This document shows, piece by piece, positions 55,558 to 64,000 of a stretch of DNA of 64,000 nt. Every line of letters begins with the position of its first letter. Position 1 is the first letter of the stretch. This DNA is from Octopus bimaculoides. Its lineage: Eukaryota. Under the pieces are notes generated by a model. That model made no database searches, had not been told where the DNA came from, and worked only from the letters and a program-made list of their open reading frames with translations. Both the position numbers and the translations under genes were made by a program. The DNA is taken from assembly GCF_001194135.2 (NCBI RefSeq), contig NC_068995.1, forward strand, positions 54,643,639 through 54,707,638, given 5' to 3'.

Positions 55558-55671
55558 CTGTCTATGTGTTGTAAACCTGTTTTGACGATCCCCCATCAGT
55601 AAACTTAAGGAACCAGTAATAGCCAATAGTAAAAACAGTATGTGCACAGCGAAGCACTGTAGTGACGGCAT
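55558..55671 (-). CDS. First coding exon (signal peptide) of an unidentified secreted/membrane protein gene: MPSLQCFAVHILFLLLAITGSLSLLMGDRQNRFTTHRQ, phase-0 donor
   Basis: ACC-ATG context with an in-frame TAG two codons upstream. Hydrophobic h-region (FAVHILFLLLAI) followed by small residues (TGSLS). Canonical donor ACAG|GTAAGC at 55558/55557. Polypyrimidine acceptor ...CCCTTCCGGTTTCAG| at 55797/55796 defines a 239-nt exon with 125 nt of 5'UTR. Protein family not recognised. Confidence 0.7.
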
Positions 55672-55796
55672 GGTCTAACAATTGTTGGCCACTGCAAGCC
55701 ACACGACTGGTGTCGGCGCCGATGTCAGTCGAGTAAGAAGACTTTATATTGTGTGATGTGATGTGATTGTGATGTGATGTGTTGTGATGTGATGTT
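55672..55796 (-). other. 5'UTR part of the signal-peptide exon, containing a (CACAT)n repeat and a GC-rich hairpin
   Basis: Lies between the strong acceptor at 55797 and the ATG at 55671; no upstream ATG seen in this segment on the minus strand. Confidence 0.55.
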
Positions 55797-56139
55797 CTGA
55801 AACCGGAAGGGCGGCGGAGAGGTGGGGGAATATTGAGGCAACCAGGAGGGGCAGCAAGGGAGGAGGTACAGAGAAGGTAAAAACCAAAATAAAAACAACA
55901 GTTCAAAATATATATATATGTATAGAAAATAAGAAAGACAACACAAAACAACGAAGTGAAACAAATGAACGAAAGAATAGAAAAAAATTTAAACAAGGCG
56001 AGAAACCTATGTAAGGAATGGGAGGGGAATGAATGAGGAAAAGATGGAACGAAAGGGATAAATGAAACGGAGGAAAAGAAGGAAGGAAGACAGGAAGTAA
56101 GAATGAAATGAAAGAGAGGGAGACAGGGAAGCTAGAATG

Positions 56140-56184
<45 letters not shown>

Positions 56185-56956
56185 CAAGATAAAACAACGT
56201 TTGAGGTAGTCTATCTCTCGATTTATCCCTCCTCTCTCTCTCCTCTCTGTCTTACTCTATTTGTGTGTGTATGTATGTTTGGGTGTATGTAAAAACATGT
56301 GTTCAATGTGCTTGTAGGTAGCAATGTATAAGTATTTGGCGAAAAGTTAAGTATGGTAGAAAAGAAGATAAATGAAACTATAACGTATAGACTGTCTGAT
56401 AACAAAAACACTTAAAAAACAAACACTATCAAACAAACAACTACGAAAAGTACAAAAAAAAAGAATGAATGAATAAATAAATAAATAAAATGAAAAACGG
56501 AGAGGAGGAAGGAAAAGAAGGAAGTGTATTGTGCAGCGACTCTGTCCGTGATTGTTAGATTCAGCACGCTACACATAAACGAGTTGCAGTGAAGAGTGAA
56601 TGAACGAATAAGGAGGAGGTGAGGTGAGTGATTGCTGATCGAAAGAAAGTAAGAAAACGAATAAACGAAAGTATCAAAACAAACAAGGAAACTAAAACAA
56701 ATAAGAAAAAATATATATACGAAAGAAATTTGAAAGCAAAAAGAAAAAAAAATGTTAAATAAATCCAGGGAAACAATAAGCTTATAATAAATATAGCATT
56801 ATATCTATCTATATATATATATATATATATAAGTTGTTGCAATTAATTATTATACTGGTTATTCACGTAAGCAATAATGTAAATCGTATAATGTATATGG
56901 TAATTAACTTTGTTTAAGTAAATGTACTCTTAATATATTTCTTCAACAACAACAGC

Positions 56957-56957
<1 letters not shown>

Positions 56958-57002
<45 letters not shown>
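56958..57002. repeat. (AAT)n microsatellite
   Basis: Direct reading. Confidence 0.95.
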
Positions 57003-57007
<5 letters not shown>

Positions 57008-58671
57008 CAATAGCAACTGCGCTAACAACAATGAATGCAATAGTAATGTAGTATACAATTTTGTTTTGGTTTCAGGGGATTGTTTTGTGTTGTAGTTTTT
57101 TCGATGTAGAAGTAGTTACCTCTGAGAACATGTAATACCCGACATTACAATATGTGTAACCCACAAGATTTTAGAGCTAAAATAAAAATTTAGATCAAAC
57201 AATATATCTGAGTTAGTTTTGTGTTTAGGGATAATAATATTGATGGTGATGTTGAAGGTGTTGGTTGTGGTCGCTACTGGAATTGTTGGTGGGTATTATA
57301 CATGGTGTTGGTGAGGGTGAGGGTGTCATTGGTGTTGTGTTGTACATGTGACGGTGATGGTCGTCGTGCCATCAGCAATGAAGCGTGCAGTAGAATTCCT
57401 TCTCTCTTCATAAGCAGGCACATATGGATACAAACACATCAAACACATCGAACAACATATACAGCATCATATACTGTTCCAACAAGCCTCGCGACAAGTC
57501 AAACTTGAAGTCATTGTCAACCGCTTTTTTTTTTTTATAATGAATTTGTCTCTACATCCGTTCAGCAACAAATGTCTCTTATTTACCAATTAGCAATTAG
57601 CGACCCCGGCGTTATATCTTGCTACCTACCCACACACCCTTCTATTTATCTATCTAGCTATCATCTACCTACCTATCTATCTATCTATCGATCTAACTAT
57701 TTGTCTGTCTGTCTTGTCTATATGTATAGCTATACTCTCTCTCTCTCTATATATATATCTATATATATCTATATATATATCTATATATATATATATATGT
57801 ATATACATACACACACGTATATATACACACGCGCTCAAAGATTATGTATATACATATGTATACAGCACCTATTAATGGCTATATATGTATGTATACGTAT
57901 GTTTATATATGTATGGGTGTCTTTCTCCGTATAGGTGTGTATATTTGCAATGGTGCTATGTTTCTATATTCTGTTTATTTTTTAAAAGTATTAACACCCA
58001 CAACACCTACTGTTGTGCCGAATTATCATTGTAATCCACTTGAAAACTATATACATTTGAATGAACAGAATATGTGTGTGTGTGTGTGTGTGTCTGTGTG
58101 TGTGTGTGTGTGTTTAAGTATATTGTTTGTATTGAAGAATATTTTATGTGGGGATTAATTCTCTGGTTTACGGTTGCTTCACCTCTTATATCGTGTGATA
58201 CAGAGACGATGATGCATATGAAACAGCGATAAGAGAAAACTCATGCACTCATATCTTTACAGGAATATATATATATATTAAGAGAGAGAGAGAGAGAGAG
58301 AGAGATACATATAACTATAGCGACATCTATGTATCAATATACATATATAATTATAAAGGAATATATCTGTATGCATGCATGTCTATATGTATGTTACTAT
58401 GTATATGTGTGTATGTATGTATGTATGTAGGCGTGTATGTGTCTATACAAACGGGTGTTGAAGTCTAAGAGCGCGTGTGAATGCGTCGTTCACTAAGTGT
58501 GCACGTGTATCGGTGATGCGTGTGTTCGTATATTACGTGCAGCAGATGTTTGTACTTGTAAGTGCGCCAGTTGTTAAGGACACATGCAACACCATTTCCA
58601 CTACGATAATTCATGTGCGCGTTTGTTTGTTTGTGTGTGTGTGTGTGAGTATATATATATATATATATATA

Positions 58672-58735
<64 letters not shown>

Positions 58736-59699
58736 AAACTGGGATTATGAAATATACAAGAAGTTATTTAGAAATGCACAATAAATAACTGAAACGGTAA
58801 TAAGCAGATAAACAACAAAAGAAACTAAAATAAATATAAATGATCAAAGTATGCGAGCGAGTAGGAAGAAAGACAGGAGGAACGAAAGAAGAAAGAACGA
58901 ATGATAATAGAGGCCAAAAGAAAAAAAATTCTTAAGAATTAAAATGAAATAAATACGTTGTGAAAATTGTTTGTTATAAATGTGAATGCGTTGCGTGGCG
59001 AGAAATTTTTGCGAAGCTTTACGTTGCGTGGTTTCTCTAAGTAAAATACACATGTAATCATGATATACGTAAAATGGAAAATATATATAAATATTAGTAT
59101 ATCCGGCGAAACCTTCACAAATCAGGCACTACCTCATTCACTGACTATTTAGCAACAATTACGCGCCCACATGTTAGTGTAGTGTCGTATGTCATGCATC
59201 ATGCCCGCAAATAAACATCACATTTCAATTTTTACTTTCGTCGCTGATCACAACTGCGTGCGCTTAGCATATGCGAGTTGCGCGCTCTGCACTCCTCAAA
59301 CCTCAAAAACATCCCTTTACTGCCCTGTGAAGCGGTCACGATCTTGTGTGAAGGAAGTTACGTACAAATGATTGAAGTAAAAAGAGACTAAAGCTGTCGA
59401 GCAGACCTTGTATTGTAATAGGGGAGGCAGAGGGAGGGAAAGAGAAGAGACAGAGAAAAACAGAGAGGAACGTAACTAGGTAGATAGATGGAGCGAGTGA
59501 CAGTGTGACGGAATCAGAACGAATAATAATAGGAAGCGGTATTAGAGAGAATGGGTGAGAAAGAGAGAGAGATCGATATAAATACGGAGAAAATAGAACA
59601 GGAAATGAACAGTGCGAAAGTAGAAAGATAGAAAAATGGTGTGAACTATGAAAAAACAACCAAAAAGAAGGCAACAGTATATCGGCAAAACAATGCATT

Positions 59700-59900
59700 T
59701 GTGTATGTATGTATGTATGTAAGTATGTTTGTATGTATCTATGTATCTATTTATTTATTTATTTATCTATCTATCTATCATCTATCTGTCTGTTTGTCTT
59801 TGTATCTATCTATCTATTTATCTATCCGTGCATCTGTCTATCTGTCAATCTATCTATCTATCTATCTACTTGTCTGTCTCTCTATCTATCTAGCTAGCTA
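59700..59900. repeat. Compound (TATG/TATT/TCTA/TCTG)n microsatellite
   Basis: Direct reading. Confidence 0.95.
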
Positions 59901-61174
59901 TCAACAATTTATCTAACTTTCTTTCAATCGTACATACACGTGCGTGCAAACATAAAAATAAATATCTATGTGCGTGTAAATGTGTATATCTCTAGAAAAT
60001 ACATGCATGCGCGCTCTTGGGAGAGCTTATTTTGTTTCTGTGCTTGTGTTAGTATTTGTATTAAGTGCAACACTTGAAAACGCTTACAGGTGGAGTAAAA
60101 AATAAAAGACAAAATATAGGCAGAGTGAACAAGAGTTTGTTGTAAAGTTAACGACTGGAATGAATGCTTGTGTCTTATAAGAACATGCATCTGACAAAAA
60201 TAGATGAATGGATAGATAAATAAACAGAATTAGTACATTGAAATAAAGAGAGCGAACTGCTTAAATAAAAGTTAATATATTTAAACGCATATAAAGTAAT
60301 TGAAATATCAAGATGTAGTTGCAGAATAAGAGAGAGAAAAAGATGAGAAGCTAAAAAGGAAAACGAAAGTGAAAGTAGAAATTTGTGAAAGGGAGTGATT
60401 GACTTCAAAACAGCGGTGACTGCGATAATGTTAGTGAGTGAGTGAATGAGGAAGTAAGAGGGGGCAGGAGTGGGAGGAGAGAGGTGGAAGGAGGGGTTTA
60501 GGGAGGGAATGGGGGAATGAATGAGTGTGAGAAGGGGAGATGGAGGGAAAGAGTGAGGAAAAGTGAGAGTCGAAAGAGTGAGTGAGTGAGTGAGTGGATG
60601 AGAGACGGAATGACTGAGGGAAGGCGAATGCGTCGGAGTAAGAGAAATGCTTTCAGTTACGATTTCTTGTGATATTTGCACCAGATCAGAATTTTGAAAA
60701 TCTGCAATGGAAAAATTGTGGTCAAATACAAAGTCAACATTCGGAGACATGTAATCGTCACTCAGTAAAAAGTTACCATAGCAAACAGCGACAGCAAAAT
60801 AATGTTGGAGGATATTAACTGACTGTTCTTTAACGAGCCTCAAAAGAAAACAAAAAAGAAAAGAAAAACAAAACATAAATGAATGAACGTAAAAAATGTG
60901 GAGACGTACGAAAATTTAAAGAAAAAAGGGACAAGAAAATCGTTTGTTAGAAAATAGTAACGTATGTTAGAAATAAGTGTCTTGTGTAGATGTCTTTGTA
61001 GGAAAATACCCATATATATGTGTGTGTGTGTTATGTATGTACGTATATATATATACATATACAAGAATAAATGTTATTTATCCGAACACACACACACACA
61101 CACAGACATGCGTATGTATATATTACCGATACACGCATCATATCAACACACACACACACACAAACAAACACGCA

Positions 61175-61213
<39 letters not shown>

Positions 61214-61223
61214 NNNNNNNNNN

Positions 61224-61262
<39 letters not shown>

Positions 61263-61588
61263 GTATATAAATCACATATTTATGCTATTTGTATATTATA
61301 TGTACAAACATTGAATTATATATCGCGTGTAAAGTTAATAAAAAAAAATTAAACATTACCTCCTGAGAGGTATTTGGCTAAAAAGACACAAATATACACA
61401 TGCACACATGAAGGATATATGTATGTGTGTGTTTGTCTGTGCGCGTGTGTGTGTGTGCACATACTCCACGAGATGTCACACAGTCACTATTTCAGAAATC
61501 CGTTGCTTGGACCGGGTATATAATAGAACAGACTACGCAATGGGATAGATCTCAAAACTGCAGGGCTGCAAAACCAAATTGTTCCTAC

Positions 61589-61635
61589 CTGAAACACCTG
61601 TTTCAACCTTATAAGTTATATCTTTCCCGCTAAAG
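61589..61635 (-). promoter_or_regulatory. Possible upstream non-coding exon / TSS region for the minus-strand gene
   Basis: Donor-like TTTCAG|GTAGGA at 61589, immediately downstream (minus strand) of (GA)n and GT/GC-rich repeats at 61640-61810. The acceptor at 55797 implies an upstream exon must exist somewhere. Speculative. Confidence 0.2.
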
Positions 61636-61647
61636 TAGTTTTTTCTC

Positions 61648-61696
<49 letters not shown>

Positions 61697-61811
61697 GTCT
61701 CTCTGTCTCTCTCTTTCACTCACCCTCTCTCTTTCTCTCTCTACACACACAATAGAACTCGCTCGCGCGCACGCACGCACACACACTCTCATACACGAGT
61801 GTGCGTGCGTG

Positions 61812-61905
61812 CAAGGCTAAATGGCAGAATCGTTACCACGCAGGGCAAAATGCATAGAGCCATTTCGTTAGTGCTTAAGTTAAGATTTCAAATTCTGCTG
61901 AACTA
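61812..61905 (+). mobile_element. SINE family A, degraded head fragment
   Basis: GGCTAAATGGCAGAATCGTTACCACGCAGGGCAAAATGC...TTCAAATTCTGCTGA resembles the family A head in plus orientation. Confidence 0.5.
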
Positions 61906-62267
61906 ACAGTGTCTACGAACCTTTCGAGGAGGATGAGATAGGTAACGGTTGAACACTGGCGCGATATAATCGACCTAACCCCTCTCCTGAAAATTGGAAC
62001 TGATATATATATATATTACAAATATATGCATATATCCATACATATATGTACATACCTACACTTATATTTATACATACATGCATGCATATATGGGTACAGG
62101 AATTAAAAAAAAAAAACGTTAAACACAATGAGAAACGAAAACATAGAAAACTAACTTTTTTCGAACACCGAAAAAAACAGAGAAACGAGACAGGCAACAA
62201 AAAGACTATACCCCTTCGTCAGTTGTCTCTGTTTCATCTACTCCACCAGCAGCTGGGCACAACATCC

Positions 62268-62313
<46 letters not shown>

Positions 62314-62463
62314 TTCTCTCTCTCTCNNNNNNNNNNNNNNNNNNNNNNNNNNNNNNNNNNNNNNNNNNNNNNNNNNNNNNNNNNNNNNNNNNNNNNNNNN
62401 NNNNNNNNNNNNNNNNNNNNNNNNNNNNNNNNNNNNNNNNNNNNNNNNNNNNNNNNNNNNNNN

Positions 62464-62533
<70 letters not shown>

Positions 62534-64000
62534 TCTATATATATATATAATATAATATATACATATGTATAAACACAGACGCGCACACACGCGCGCGCGC
62601 ATGTTTGCATGTGGATTAGGTATTTGTATATATATATGAATACATATATGTAGGTTTATCTTTCTCACTAGCACACACGCACGTTTTCGTAGAAACGCAT
62701 GCACGTATCAACAAATAGTAATACTGCAAAAAAAGATGCTTTCATGTACGTAAGTGCTGATGATAACTCAACTAGAATTTTTATAAGAAAATGCAGTTGG
62801 AAATACGTAATTATATGTTCATCTTCGTACATGTTGATATATAGATATATATATACCATGCTATTTCGATGTGTTGGAGTTCTAAGTTGTTGAAATTATT
62901 TAAGAGACTGCATGGAACAGAGACATTAAAAAAGTACACACAATTATGCATTAACGGAGAACTTATTTTTAGGGAGTGAATGGGAGTTAGATATTTCATA
63001 GAAAGTGTATGGTTGAAAATATACAAGAAAATAACGAGAATAAGAGAGGGGAAAGTGAGAGAAATAAGAGAGAGAGAGAGAGAGAGAGAAGAGCAGATAG
63101 GTTGAGAGAAGTGGAGAGGTGTCGGTAGAAAAACAGAGAGGAGAGTAAAAAGTGTGATTTTGATAAAAAACCAGGAATAACACTTGATATCTTAAGAAAA
63201 TTTAGAGAGACAGTGTGAAAAACAGATGCTGTAAGGCTTGTTGAAATAAATAAACAGTTATTGTTCCGAATTTGAGTACGACTAGAAGGATTCCAAGTTA
63301 ACTCGCGTAGAAGGGAAGAACGAATGGAAGGGCTGCATGGGTAATAATGATAAAAGAAATGGATATGCAATACTTAATCTTAACAATATACATTATCAGT
63401 GATCATGACATATAGATTCAAATGAAAACGAAAATCTGAGGGGAGAGAGACAGGGAGAAATAAAGAGGAGGAAGAAAAAGGGAGGGAGTAGGGGAAAGAG
63501 AGAGAGAGAGGAATAACAAAAGGAAAGCAATTTACGTAAACAATATCTGGAGCAGACAGAATATTATGTCTAAGAAAGTGCAAGCAATAACAATTACTAT
63601 TACAGGTGAAAAGTGACACACCAGGTGTATTGAAGAAATGAACACTATATACACGCGCGGGCGTGTGTGCGTGCGTATGCATGTGTCAGTTCATGTGTGT
63701 CTGGGGAAATTTATTGATGAATGCATATGCGTGTGTGTGTGTGTGCAAGGGTCGAATATGAATTAATTAACTATTAAAATATTTGTTTCATTTACAATAA
63801 GATGTGAGAAACAGAGTTGGGGTTTTGTTGCGGGTTTTTCTCAATTGTTATTCATATATGTATATGTAGTATATGTATGCATGCGTATATATATAAAGGT
63901 TGTAGAAGTAAATAAAGCCGGAGAAGAAGCAAGCTCTCAGATGAAGGGCAGCTGATATTATAGTGGTGTAGGCTTCTTTATGGGGCTACGCCACTATAAT

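Noticed and set aside
60175-60876. 233-aa minus-strand ORF
   Set aside because: Mostly translation of a polypyrimidine/low-complexity tract (S/L/H/P-rich).

Overview
Eukaryotic, AT-rich, microsatellite-dense draft-assembly sequence with many N gaps. The SINE families and repeat style suggest an octopus/cephalopod genome; this is inference from recalled repeat families, not a search. No multi-exon gene could be fully reconstructed, and almost all long ORFs in the track are microsatellite or N-gap artefacts. The best coding signal is a minus-strand exon at 55796-55558 with a strong acceptor, an ACC-ATG at 55671 preceded by an in-frame stop, a signal peptide (MPSLQCFAVHILFLLLAITGSLS...) and a CAG|GTAAGC donor. 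This would make most of the window (<55558) intronic sequence of an unidentified secreted or membrane protein gene. A second ATG-initiated hydrophobic exon with a GTGAGC donor lies at 48401-48239 (-). The rest is tRNA-derived SINEs, a mariner MITE, degraded LINE remnants, a ~320-bp foldback element and several isolated near-perfect hairpins (11627-11682, 17775-17810, a tandem pair at 30721-30869, 63957-64000). A 5'UTR hairpin whose only mismatches are three A:C pairs is a candidate for RNA-editing-dependent structure. No clearly novel system is proven; the leads are listed as hypotheses.
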